From Rebecca billardiae RCC1528 (lineage: Eukaryota; Protista; Haptophyta): a DNA stretch of 64,000 nucleotides. Both the position numbers and the translations under genes were made by a program. Where the stretch lies: NCBI GenBank assembly GCA_965240325.2, contig OZ251234.1:1922001-1986000 (forward strand), in the 5' to 3' direction. Under the pieces are notes generated by a model, which was not told where the DNA came from, did no database searches, and saw only the letters and a program-made list of their open reading frames with translations. Shown one piece after another: positions 19,601 to 29,349 of the stretch; position 1 is the first letter of the stretch; each line of letters begins with the position of its first letter.

Positions 19601-20767
19601 CGTCGCCGCGCCCGCGCTCGCGGCGCGCTCGGACGGTGCGCTCGCGCCCGCCCGCGCCCAGTCTCCCAGCCTGAGGCCAAACAGCCGCTGGGAGTGCAGC
19701 TGCTGGCTGCGCAGCAGGCCGAGCAGCGGGTCGCGCTCGCGCCCCGGCTGCAGCTCGGGGTGCACGCTCCTCCGCAGCGAGCCCGCCGCCACGCCGCACA
19801 GCAGCTCCTCCGCGAAGCGCGTCTTGGTCCAGTTGGCGCCAGCGTGCCGCGAGCTCGGCGCCAGCGGGCCTGGCGGCGCGCCCATCGCCTCGAGGAGGTC
19901 GACGACGTTGAGGCAGCCGGTGTCGGGGTGCGACGCCTCGCCAAGGGCGGAGAGCTCGAGCGCCACCATCGGCGCGACCACGCCCGCGCGGACCAGCGTC
20001 TGCACCGCCTCGCCCACCGTGCGCGTGAGCACGCGCGGCAGCGGCGGGCTCGGCGGCGCGGGCGGCGCGGGCGGCGGGTCGCCCGTGCCTCGGCGGCGCG
20101 CGTGGATGCCGGCGGGCGCGTCGTGCTCCTCGGCGCCCTCCTCGTCCGAGCTCGCCATCTCGACCGCCTCGACCAGCGTGCGCACGTACCGCGCGTACCG
20201 CTCCTCGTCCGCGCCCACCGGCTTGCCCTGGCTGGCGCGCACGCGCACGTGCACGTCGATGCGCCGGGCGCGCACGGACGTCCATGCGCGCGCAAACGGG
20301 CTCGCGGCGAAGGAGGTCGGCGGGGGCGCGTGGCCGGTGTCGTTGCGCAGCACGCGCACGATCCCGTGCAGGCACGTCATCGTCGCCTGGTGACCATCGT
20401 CGTCCGTGCCGATGCCGGGCTCGCGCGCCAGCCGCCAGAGGGAGTCGACGTGCAGCAGCACAAACCAGTCGCGCACGGCGACAGCCAAGCGACCGCCCGC
20501 GCCGCTCAGGAGCTTGGACAGGAGCTTCTCCATGCACGATGCGCGCACCAGCACCTTCCTGCTCAGCGGGAGCTCGGATGACCCCTCGGTCAAATCATGC
20601 ATCCCTCTCGCCTGCGCAAATGCGAAGAGCATTTCGTCGGGCATGACGGGCATGGCGAGGACGAGCTGGTCGACCTGGGACCAGAGCGCCTGCACCTGCG
20701 GCGGCGCATACTCCTCGAGGGTCTCCGCAGCCTTGAAGTCCAGATCGTCGTCGATGAGCGCCGCCAT
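16646..20767 (-). CDS. Large helical protein with C-terminal MYND zinc finger
   Basis: 1373-aa ORF ending in CTHC...ACGGCKTAKFCGAACLRAAWKAGHKREC. Confidence 0.85.
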   Translation of the reverse strand: MAALIDDDLDFKAAETLEEYAPPQVQALWSQVDQLVLAMPVMPDEMLFAFAQARGMHDLTEGSSELPLSRKVLVRASCMEKLLSKLLSGAGGRLAVAVRDWFVLLHVDSLWRLAREPGIGTDDDGHQATMTCLHGIVRVLRNDTGHAPPPTSFAASPFARAWTSVRARRIDVHVRVRASQGKPVGADEERYARYVRTLVEAVEMASSDEEGAEEHDAPAGIHARRRGTGDPPPAPPAPPSPPLPRVLTRTVGEAVQTLVRAGVVAPMVALELSALGEASHPDTGCLNVVDLLEAMGAPPGPLAPSSRHAGANWTKTRFAEELLCGVAAGSLRRSVHPELQPGRERDPLLGLLRSQQLHSQRLFGLRLGDWARAGASAPSERAASAGAATPSAPPGTSAAEEAASSGTPPAAGTGPLSLGVPPPLARAIRRLDGQPLSRAGAPLEPAAEAERLRVIVFIATKLASTATRVCAQLEAIRAGAAGATSPAQQGAWRAKIDKALRGLSDGLCTRGPWHARLAGFELIALSTWEVPGLRVSSARELMHRLAIPVLVGSPKLWPELAESLLDEDEARAIGGALGSLPGGAGDTFMCPYFDDSLRVLGWGAQVRRSCTSGELVGQDLRRAPASTRRASGLKSRSRQQSAAAHGGAGAAAPADADADAAVSPLAPPSRPGAADKLGLWESLRAALQKVSDPDDELELHARELVVGRAGLPLALQTLLELRAAFEATAEADAEVERLWERRGAAFCAARRAFGLLEQLVTFDSGFEGCGWDAMHSRKQRRERTSEADRDGGPPFLEGRALVKAIGEIAIPAAAEPAEPADPPAERDPAAGFVSGGMAEPAAGGGPAPIPDGLRAAALRLLHKLSRAVFEDVRIDGRPLSRAAEPLGALLMRRGYVRALLDGACASAAALGAAETPSHAPPPPAAAAAAAAASAPLPASADDHLLELRILASLCRLEDGRELLLHEQRQREGGAAEGGLLGCLAALCAPSLRGAPLTRAEEGWGASALVLLSRCAPHPAWRERLGGSARGAPLEDLAVVFARRVWATHAHTLTWGGWADLRAPLAPKLRRIRPVSRRHGVGALTAALISAGARTRGLLCPPSRAKDERGRSCLDPADAPDPAAPIPLLGCAPALELAAACVDCPHERVRIAALEALGPCNNWPHAARALRAALGLERSAALVRTLASLGGDCFAALAPGYTDEEEDARAVAELELRGGERVRHAARGLWRALLGHDGWADALAAARADWAKPETFNEDLARASKDVQVAREPPGAAECWNDARSSGPVFGGGILRRCTHCAAPEAKPGALKACGGCKTAKFCGAACLRAAWKAGHKRECARLAAAARAGGGGGDGDDDGVDGDRENDDARANV

Positions 20768-21002
20768 ACCTGTGCCGCTGCGATTGCAGCTCGTCCTCGC
20801 GGCTGCGTGTCGATCGGGCCGAGGAGTCGGCAGTCGCGCCTCGCGAGCGCGCCGGGCAGACCGTTGGCCGCCTTTACGGTATTCAATCGATCTCGAGGCA
20901 GTGCGCAGGGACCGAGCTGATCAAGATCGAGGCGACCTTTTGAATGAATCCGGTTGGGACTTTCAGCCGGCTTGGCTCTTCCCTGGTGCGGTGGGTCCAC
21001 TA

Positions 21003-21300
21003 GTGCGATGGCGCTTCGAACCCGCGGCCCGCGAGCACCTCGAGACGAGGGCCTTCTCGCACCGAGCCCGACGCGCGCCGGTGATCGCGCGTTAGGCAGC
21101 TGCAGTGCGCAGCACGTGATATAGTGGCTGGTGCGATCGCTCGCCGTGCAAGACGGGCGAGGACTGCTCCGGGTCGCACGACCGTTGCGACGCGCCGAAT
21201 GTACAGTCTCAAAAGTCAAAACAGGTCGATTTCGGACTCCGTTCGACCTGCACGCGAGACGACGAGGGGAGCGATCGCGAATCGGGCGAACATGCCCCTC
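21003..21300 (+). repeat. Diverged internal fragment of the hairpin-ended repeat family (cf. 39483-39690, 46855-47146, reverse copy 61950-62245)
   Basis: Shared gcgatggcgctt...gcaccgagcccgacgcgcg...gttcgacctgcacgcgagacgacgaggg...gcgaatcgggcgaa. Confidence 0.8.
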
Positions 21301-21629
21301 GGCAATCCTCACGTGATAAGACGTTACTGACTCATCGACAGATCTCTCGGCTGACTGCTAGAGGCGGAGATGACGTCGTGTCGTTGGCGGTCAGCCCTGA
21401 CTTTCCGCCGCGCCGCGAAGCGTCGCGCGCTCCGACTACTCTCCCCGAGCGTGCCTGCAGCGTCGGTCACTCCGGTGACGCCTCCGCACGCACAGGCTCT
21501 CAGGTGCTCACTCGAGTCACTCGACACGATTCATGGTCAGCTAGATCATGATAAGCTGAGCCGGCCTGCCGCTGCGGCGGTGTGGCCAGGTTGCCACAGC
21601 CGCCAGGGGTGGCACCCTTCAGTCGTCTC

Positions 21630-22800
21630 ATGGCGGCCGGACGAGCGGGAACTTGATGGACGCGCGAGAGCATCGGGTGTAGGCGCGCCGGGCGAGTGCG
21701 TAGATGGCATTGTCTTTGGATGCCCATCCTCCAGCTCTGAGTCCTCGGCAGCCAGCAGCCGCGCCGGGCGGCGGCGCGACGGGCTCATCATCAGCTCGGC
21801 CGCCATCGCATCGGAGAGCGCCTTGCCAAAGGGCGTCCGGGCCGTTCTCCGCGTCGAAACGTGCCCAGTGCGCAGGCGTCCGCGGGTCAAACGCGTCTGG
21901 GTAGCTCGTCCTGAGCGCCTGATACGCGGGCACGAGAGGCCCGCGGCCGCGAATCAGGAAGTTGTTGGACCTGTGCGGGTACGAAGATACGAAGCAGCGG
22001 TGAATCCCGCGCCAGCGCGGGGCGAGGGCGAGAGGCGCGCGGCGAGGATGGCCAGCTTGACGTTATCCGGCTGCTCGACGTATACGATCGCGTCGAAGAG
22101 CTTGAGCAGGCCCTGCGCCTGCTCAAGCTGCGCCGTCGTCACGCCGCCGACCACCGCCTCCCGCGTCCGCCCGAGCATCGAGCGCACGTAATAGTTCGGC
22201 CACGCGATCGCTCGGAACCGCCCGCCCTGCCGCTTATTGGGCGCTGTCGTGTAGCGGCTCACGTTGTGGTTGTGCACGCATCTCTTGAAGTCGTCGAGGC
22301 GCCTGCGCTTGCAACGGATCTCCAGCTCGCGCTCGTACTGGCTCGCCCATCGCTCAAACGGCCGGCGGAGCGAGGCGACGACTGCGGTCACGCACGTGAG
22401 CGCTGCCGTGATGTGTGGCGTCGGGAAGCTCTCCTCATATGAGCTGGCCCGAGCTGTTAGCAAGCTGCAGCGCCTCGATGACCGGCGCGATGGCGGCCGT
22501 CCAGTTTGCACTGTAGTCGGTGATCTGCCCCCCGCCACTGGAATACGTACTGGATGTCACGCCAAACAGCGTGCGCAGTGCGCACCGGGAGGCTGCTCCG
22601 CCGTCTGACCTAAGACCTTCCACTAGTTCCAGCCCGCGCCGACGAGGTACGACTTGAGAATGAGAGACGTGCCGCCCGCCTTGTGAAAGTGCATGTGCGT
22701 GACGCCCAGCATGCGCCAGTTGCCGTGCTGAAGATGCGCGGCCTGTGCGGCAGCCAGCACTGAGCAGGATGAGGAAGGATCGCCCGCCGCGAGCGAGCGA
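21630..22800 (-). pseudogene. Degraded sulfotransferase (Sulfotransfer_2 / carbohydrate sulfotransferase-like)
   Basis: 5'-PSB-like HMHFHKAGGTSL (~22698-22663) is followed by TAG at 22625-22623. The 3'-PB-like SLRRPFERWASQY and NYYVRSML lie in another frame. Boundaries are approximate. Confidence 0.6.
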
Positions 22801-23121
22801 CGGCTGATGCCGCCCGAGGCCGTGCGAAGCAGTTTGGAATAAATTGATATTTGATGGCACCGTCACCGTGACCGCGCACGCACGCGGTTCTTGCGCACGC
22901 GACGGCCTTCGCCTTCGGCCTTCGGTCAGTTCAATTTGCCTTATTTTTAAAACCGTTAATGGTTCAAACCCAAAGCACAACCGCCACAGACACAGCGGTC
23001 CGACTGCGCCGCCGACCGGTCGAGGAAAGAGGAAACGACTCTGAACTCGGAAGTTCGCGAGACGCGCCGCCACTGAGGGCCACTCCATCGCCGGGCGAGG
23101 CGCGCGCCCGCCGCGCAAGCG

Positions 23122-24899
23122 CTAGCGCCGCGGGCGCATGTGCTTGCCCGGCGGTCGGCGGCGCACGATCATGCAGTTGGACCACTTCTTGGGCTTGCGC
23201 GTCTTGTACCCACCCTTGGTCGGCAGCCCCCACGGAGTCACGCCCGGCCGGCCGCCAGAGGTCTTGCCGTTGCCTGCGCGCCCAGGGGCGGGGAGCAGGC
23301 GCGGTGTCACGGGAGCGCTCGCGCGGGTCCCGGGGACGGCCCCTCGGCCACGCAGGCGCGCGCGCGCAGCGAGCCGTGCGTCCCGTCCCCACCGCGCTGC
23401 CTCTGCGCGCCATCCCACCCGCCGCCGCCCGTGCCAGCCAGCCGCCCGGAGGATCAGAAAGAGAGTTGTATAAATCATCGCGACACTCCTGAACACGGAC
23501 CAAGATGTTTATCCACATTTCCTCCGGCTGCTGCGGCGTGGCGAAGGGCGCGCGCCCGCCTCCCCTCCCGCCCGCCCGCCCGGCCGACGCGCGCGCGGGG
23601 AGTGCTGCGTGCTGTGCGCCCCATATCTATCCGGCGGCACAGCCTCGAGGCCGGCCGGTCGCGTGAAGGCGCGCCGGAGCGGCCGGTGGCGCGCCCCGGC
23701 TGCTGGCTGTGCGGACGCTTACGCGCCCCAGCCCTGGGCGCTCGGAGAGCCGGGGCGGGAGTGGGCGGTGCGCGGTGTGCGCACGCCCCCGTCCATGCGT
23801 GCGACGCGCCGCCTCCCCCGCCACCACCCCGTGCACCCGCGCGCCCGGTGCAGCACGCCTGGCGTGGGAGTGGGGGGCTCCGCCCCGCGCGGCCTCGCGC
23901 GGCGGCGCGCGGCAGCGTAGCGCGGCGCGAGGTGGGCCCGGGGCGCGCGGCGCGCGCGCGCGCGCACGCACCGCCTCCGTGCGGGTGGTCGACCGGGTTC
24001 ATCGCCACGCCGCGGACATGGGGCCTTCGGCCGATCCACCTCGCTGCGCCCGCCTTGCCCAGCTTGCGATGCTTGTGCACCGGGTTCGACACGCGGCCGA
24101 TCGTCGCCCTGCAGCTCGAGAGCACGCGCCTCTGCTCGCCGGACGGCAGCCGCAGCAATGAGTAGCGGCCGTTCTCCTCGTGCGCGATGACGGAGGCGGA
24201 GGTGCCCGCGCCGCGGACGAGCTGGCCGCCGCGGCCGGGGTACAGCTCGATGTTGTGCACCGCCACGCCCGTCGGCATCTGCGCCAGCGGCAGCGAGTTC
24301 CCCGGCGCGATGTCGGTGCGATCGGGGTCGCAGCTCGCGATGATCGTCTGCCCGACGGTGAGCGCGTCCGGCGCGAGGATGTACGACGGCGTGAGGTCGG
24401 GGTAGCGCACGAGGGCGATGAAGCTCGAGCGGTTCGGGTCGTACTCCAGCCGCTCGACCGTCGCCGGCTCGTCCAGCCGATCGCGCTTGAAGTCGATCAG
24501 CCGGTATTTGCGCTTGTTGCCGCCGCCGCGGTGCCACGTGCAGATGCGCCCATAGTTGTTGCGCCCGCCCGACTTGACGAGGCCGACGGTGAGCGACTTA
24601 AGCGGCGCGCCCTTCCACAGGTGCGACTTGTCGACCGTCACCCTGTGCCTCCGGCCCGGGGTGATCGGCTTGTACCGCTTCAACCCGTCGTACCCGCGCG
24701 GCCGCTGCTCGACTTGTCGGAGCGGCGCGATCGACGGCACGATGGAGCCCGGCGCGGCGGCGCTCGACTCGGTGGAGAGCCAGCGGGCGCGTGGGGCCGG
24801 CGGGCCGGCGGGCGCGCGCGAGCGCGGCGCTGCCGACGCGACCGCGCCGCGGGCGAGCCCCACAGGGCGCGCCAAGGCGAGCCTCGCCGCGCCCCACAT
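23122..24899 (-). CDS. MRPL2: Mitochondrial ribosomal protein uL2m (2 exons; intron 23274-23971)
   Basis: [43 protein letters not shown]|[15 protein letters not shown]. Arg/Ala/Ser-rich presequence. The GT...CAG intron restores the frame. Confidence 0.93.
23446..23527 (-). ncRNA. Putative intronic box C/D snoRNA with two LSU rRNA guides (U18-like and U26/U81-like)
   Basis: 8-bp terminal stem CCGGAGGA/TCCTCCGG. Terminal D box CTGA and C'-like CGATGAT. Guides CTTGGTCCGTGTT and AACTCTCTTT are complementary to conserved LSU rRNA AACACGGACCAAG and AAAGAGAGTT. AT-rich island in a GC-rich intron. C and D' boxes are degenerate. Confidence 0.72.
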
Positions 24900-25043
24900 C
24901 AAGCTCGCCAGCGCCGCAAGCAATCGCGGGCTCGTGCCGCACTCTCGTCCGGACGACCGCCGATCGCTCGTCCGGACTGGGCTGACGTCGGGTCGTCGTT
25001 TGCACTCGATCGATTTCAAACACGCGTGGCGGGACGCGGGACG

Positions 25044-26168
25044 ATGACGCCTGGCGAGGCGGAGGCTCTTGGGGCCGACGGAGAGCCCGTCGCCACGCTC
25101 GCCTCGCTCGATGACGCTCTGATCAGTACCATCGCCACCTTCATGCGCCCGGAGGCGATCGCGCACGTGGCGGCGTGCTCGAAGCCGCTCAGACGCGTGT
25201 GCGCTGACGATGCTCTGTGGAGCGGCCTGCTCGAGCGCCACTTTGGGGCGGGCGCTGCCGCGGGCGCGGGGCAGATGGGCGCGCGGCTCGCGTTCGGCCG
25301 CGCCGTCGTCCTTCGCCGCTGGCACCTCGACGCGCGCACCCCCGCCGCCGACGCGGACACGCCGTCGACGCCCGAGAATCGTGCGGTCAACTTGCTCACG
25401 CGGCGCGTGCAGGCCATGCGCATGTCCCTCACGCCGGACGAGCGGAAGGCGCTGCGCCACCTCGACCTGAACATGGACGTGTGCTCGCCATCGCCGGCGA
25501 GGCCTCTGCGCGACGCCTCCTTCGACCACATCCTCCGCAAGCGCCTCGCGCGCGACCTGTTCGAGCTGGTCACGCGCCCCGCCGATGGTCTGACCGCCTT
25601 CCCGGCTTCGGAGGACATGCTGGAGTGGCACGCGACGGTGCCGGGGCGGGCGGGGTACGCGGACGAGGGGCGCACGTTCCAACTCGTCCTCCTCTTCGGC
25701 GCCGCCGCCGTGCGCGACGGCGGCGCCGCCTCCGGCGCGGAGGGCGCGGCGCTGCTGCCGCGCGTGCGCGTCGTGCACCCCGTCGCCCTCAGCCACGCCA
25801 ACGTGGCGCCCGACGGGCGCGTGTGCGAGGAGGCGCTGCGCTGCCGCTGCCGCGCGACGGACTCGGTGCGCGCGATCCTGCTGCGCGTGCAGCGGCTGCT
25901 CGACACGCCCCACTTCGGCGTGCCGCCTCTCAACGAGGACGCCACACTCGCCTGGCTCGAGGCCAGCGGGCGCGTCTCGATCGTCCCGGCGGCCGCAGCG
26001 CCGGCGGACGCGCCGGGCGCGCGCGAGCCGGGCAAGGGCGGCGGCGGTGCGGACGCCGTAATGGCAGGGCTCGACGCAGGCGGCGCTGGCGGGGTGTTGC
26101 GCGCGTCCAGGGGGAGCGGCGGGCTTGGCGGTAGCCCGTCGCTCCTGTACCGCCAGCCCACGGCTTGA
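25044..26168 (+). CDS. F-box-like / ubiquitin-conjugating (E2, UBC) domain fusion protein
   Basis: F-box-like LASLDDALISTIATFM...VAACSKPLRRVCADDALW. UBC: RKRLARDL...MLEWHATV...PRVRVV...SHANVAPDGRVC...ILLRVQRLLDTP...PLN. Confidence 0.78.
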   Translation: MTPGEAEALGADGEPVATLASLDDALISTIATFMRPEAIAHVAACSKPLRRVCADDALWSGLLERHFGAGAAAGAGQMGARLAFGRAVVLRRWHLDARTPAADADTPSTPENRAVNLLTRRVQAMRMSLTPDERKALRHLDLNMDVCSPSPARPLRDASFDHILRKRLARDLFELVTRPADGLTAFPASEDMLEWHATVPGRAGYADEGRTFQLVLLFGAAAVRDGGAASGAEGAALLPRVRVVHPVALSHANVAPDGRVCEEALRCRCRATDSVRAILLRVQRLLDTPHFGVPPLNEDATLAWLEASGRVSIVPAAAAPADAPGAREPGKGGGGADAVMAGLDAGGAGGVLRASRGSGGLGGSPSLLYRQPTA

Positions 26169-26654
26169 CCGCCGTGACCCGCAGGCAGCTGCTGCTGCCG
26201 TGCTGGCGGGCGGGCACTCGGCTGACTTCTCACTCTCAGTCTACGGGCCTCGGGCCTCGGCGGCGCGCGGCCCGCGCCGCCTGCACGCTGGCGCTGCGGC
26301 ATACGATACGCAGCCTGGACCGTGTAAGTGTTCGAAGTCGGATGGCGCTGTGAGTAGATCGAACTTCGAACTGCGGTCGATACTCGATAGACGATAGCCG
26401 TCGTATTCGTAATAGGCTTATAAAATTAAATAGGTATATATAAATAGTCTGAACTAAGCCAGTAAGTAGTGAGTAAGACTCGATACTACTGAACTACATC
26501 ATCGTCATCTTCGCGTTTATATACATCGTCATCCGCGGTTATACATATCGTCATCGCGGCATCGCCTTGTCGGTTCAAGCCTTGCGGCGCCGGCTTGCCC
26601 CGTGCCCGTTCATTCCGTTCAACTATACTTCAAGGCTCGTCTAGCTTCGCGTCG

Positions 26655-27413
26655 TCATCCGCGAACGAGATACGTGTCTACGAGCGGGATGCAGGGCAGC
26701 ACGAAAATCGAGGCGATCCATGTGTACTGCTTGACGTGTGGCGGCAATGCCGTCCCTTTGATGATCGCCGGAATGAAGACGAACATCTGTGCGGCGGATG
26801 CGACCGACACCGTGTCCAGCACAGTCTTGCGCCGCAGCACACGCGATGCGCGTGTCTTTGGTGTTGCCGAGTACAGGAGATGCCCCAAGTACATGCATTG
26901 CATCGCGGCGAAGGCAACCGCGAGGTACCCAAAGAGGTTGCCCAGGCCGACAAGGTGAAGCTGGAGCTTGCCGTATCGGCTGCCGTAGAAACTGTACAAC
27001 ATGTGGTGCAGCCCAATCATGAAGTGGAATGAGCCGTACACATTTGCCATCAGCGCGCCGCGTTTGCCCATGACCACTGTCGGGGCGTCCGACTTCTGTT
27101 TCTGCTTCTTCTGAGAGACGAAACTAGCGCTAAGGAACCAGCCAGCCAGCTGCGCGATCGTGCCGAATATGCCGTACATGCAGAGGTACAGCAGCCGGTA
27201 CGTCGACTCATCCGACGCGGGTGATCCGTCGGCGCCCGTGCCACGCCGCGGGTAGTACGAATCTGGGGTGCCCTTGAACATCTCCTTGATGGCGGGCCCA
27301 ACGACAGGGATTGCACCACATCCTACCGACGTGTGCACGAGCGAGAACAACGCGACGCACAGCGCGCCAGCGGCCATAGGCCGCTCGACTAGGCCCCACG
27401 CGTGGGAAGGCAT
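26655..27413 (-). CDS. Hypothetical polytopic membrane protein (about 6 TM segments)
   Basis: Several hydrophobic helices and normal amino-acid composition. Start at 27413 or 27377. Confidence 0.65.
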   Translation of the reverse strand: MPSHAWGLVERPMAAGALCVALFSLVHTSVGCGAIPVVGPAIKEMFKGTPDSYYPRRGTGADGSPASDESTYRLLYLCMYGIFGTIAQLAGWFLSASFVSQKKQKQKSDAPTVVMGKRGALMANVYGSFHFMIGLHHMLYSFYGSRYGKLQLHLVGLGNLFGYLAVAFAAMQCMYLGHLLYSATPKTRASRVLRRKTVLDTVSVASAAQMFVFIPAIIKGTALPPHVKQYTWIASIFVLPCIPLVDTYLVRG

Positions 27414-27699
27414 CTTGCGCTCGCCAGCCGAAACTCGAAAGTGCTTTCGCCCGCCCGGGCCGCCGGGCGGGCGAGTGCACATGGTCTTCGCCCCCGGCGG
27501 CGAGGGCGCGCGGGGGCGCTGGCTCGCGATCCGAAGGGCAGTCGCTCGCGACCTCGCTTGGGCGGCGGCAGGGGCGCTGTAGCATGGCGTTTGCCATCCG
27601 CGCGGCTGCGTGCGATCGCGCGGTCCCGTTCGTCGCCACGTCGCGCGCGACCGTTCACGCCACGGCCTCATGCTGCACTGCGTGCACGCCTTGCAAGCG

Positions 27700-28018
27700 C
27701 ACGGCCGCGGAGAGCCCAGAAAGGCCGTCACGCGCGTGACTTCTGCGTGGGATAGGCGGCACTGAGATCAATGCCGTCATGCGCAAGCGCGTTGATGAGT
27801 GTCTCCAACATTCAGACCACTCCCTACTGCTGCAAGATGAGTCCTCGTCCGTGCCCACACGGTCCTGACAAGTTGTGGACAGCGCAGCAGCCGTCTGTGA
27901 CCCTCATGGCCACCTCGTGGGCTAGTGCGTGCCTCCGGGAGCCCACATACTCTCCGTACCGCCTATCCCACGCAGAAGTCACGCGCGTGACGGCCTTTCT
28001 GGGCTCTCCGCGGCCGTG
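27700..28018. repeat. 60-bp perfect inverted repeat pair with 199-bp spacer (MITE-like)
   Basis: 27700-27759 is the reverse complement of 27959-28018. No clear TSD. Confidence 0.8.
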
Positions 28019-28699
28019 TAAGCCCCTTGATGACTGTAATCAAGGGAGATAGCCGTAAACGACGGGTCGGACAAACCAACGCGGGTGGGTCGCGAGACTC
28101 AGACGACATGTCTGTCCAACGACCAAGGGGCGTACAAAATACTAGAGAGTGAGCTGCAGCCACCGCTGCACGCCGGCGGCAGCTTCACGACCACCCTCAG
28201 ACGTTGATAGCGGACGCGGTGCGGACAGCGCGCTGCACACTCGGCACTCGCTGCAGACGACGACCGTGCGAACGTGCCAGCCGTGAGGACTTATTGAAAT
28301 GAACTCAGATGGTTAGCTGGCAGCCGGCGTCAAGACAGCTGCCGCTGGTCGTCATTCGTCAAGGTAGCTGCTGCCGGCTACTTGTGTACTAGGGCACTGT
28401 ATGACTACTAACTAGCATTCGGCTCATTGACATCAAATTCAATGCTCATCATTCTGACACAAGTAGCCGTCCTGTATACCTGTACGTCGTTAATAAATCA
28501 TAGACGAATGACGGTATGCTTTCGGCTCCAGTAATATTGTCGGTCAGGGCGGTCTGTCGTCGTCGTATTAGACGCGTAGTATATGTCGTTAATATATATA
28601 TATGAAATAATATATTCGCCCTCTTCATGCCTTTTAAACAGCAATATCTTTAATAACTTTTCCCGCGGCGACCGAAGTCATCAGCAGGGCTGGGAGTTC

Positions 28700-28797
28700 G
28701 TGATCACGTGAGCGTGATATCACGGCGTGATCACGTCACGTGACGCGTCACGTGACGTCACGTCGGCCAATCCCCAATGGCTCAGTCAGCACGTGAC
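28700..28797. promoter_or_regulatory. Cluster of CACGTG / TGACGT palindromic motifs (G-box/CRE-like)
   Basis: At least four CACGTG plus overlapping TGACGTCA/TGACGCGTCA in about 100 bp, and a CCAAT nearby. Function is inferred. Confidence 0.35.
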
Positions 28798-29349
28798 TAC
28801 TGACTGCCACAGTCCGCGGTCGTCGCCTCGTCGGTATGCATGATACAGGCTGCATGTGCCGACCCGGACTGGCTCATCTTATATTTAATAGTTATTCTTA
28901 TTCGTACGTGAGATCGCCGTAGTCCGGTGATGTGACCCCCGGGCCCGTCGGACGAATTCCCACGGCCCCGTCGGCACTACAACTGCGGCACTACTTCGGT
29001 ACTTCCGTCGTCATCGACGCAGCGCGACGCTGTCACGTGCCTGATGATGCGTGCGCTAACCGAGAATCGTCGGACGTATGAGCGGTACTATGAGACTCTC
29101 TCACTCCCCGGATCTCTTTGCGACGGACAGGCGCTTTCCAGTTCCTCCCAACTCACCGAGCCTCCTGGCAAGGTTCCGCCCGAGACTGGTTCGCTCCTCC
29201 CTCAAGGCTCTCGATCTTCCAGCCAATGGCACAGAGCACCCCCCGTGGCTGCCGGGCCCCGCGGTGCAACCGGTGCCGGTGGGTATGCCGGCGGCACCAG
29301 CAGCACCGGGCTCGACGTCTCGGCGGCGTCGTGGCCCGGTGCGAGCTGC

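Noticed and set aside
16502-20581. 1359-aa and 968-aa plus-strand ORFs
   Set aside because: Antisense shadows of the MYND gene caused by stop-codon scarcity at high GC; Arg/Ala-rich with no motifs. The same applies to most overlapping ORFs in the track.
23475-25913. Single 812-aa L2 ORF
   Set aside because: The N-terminal part is antisense to the F-box/E2 gene and the C-terminal part is intron read-through; the real gene is 24899-23122, spliced.
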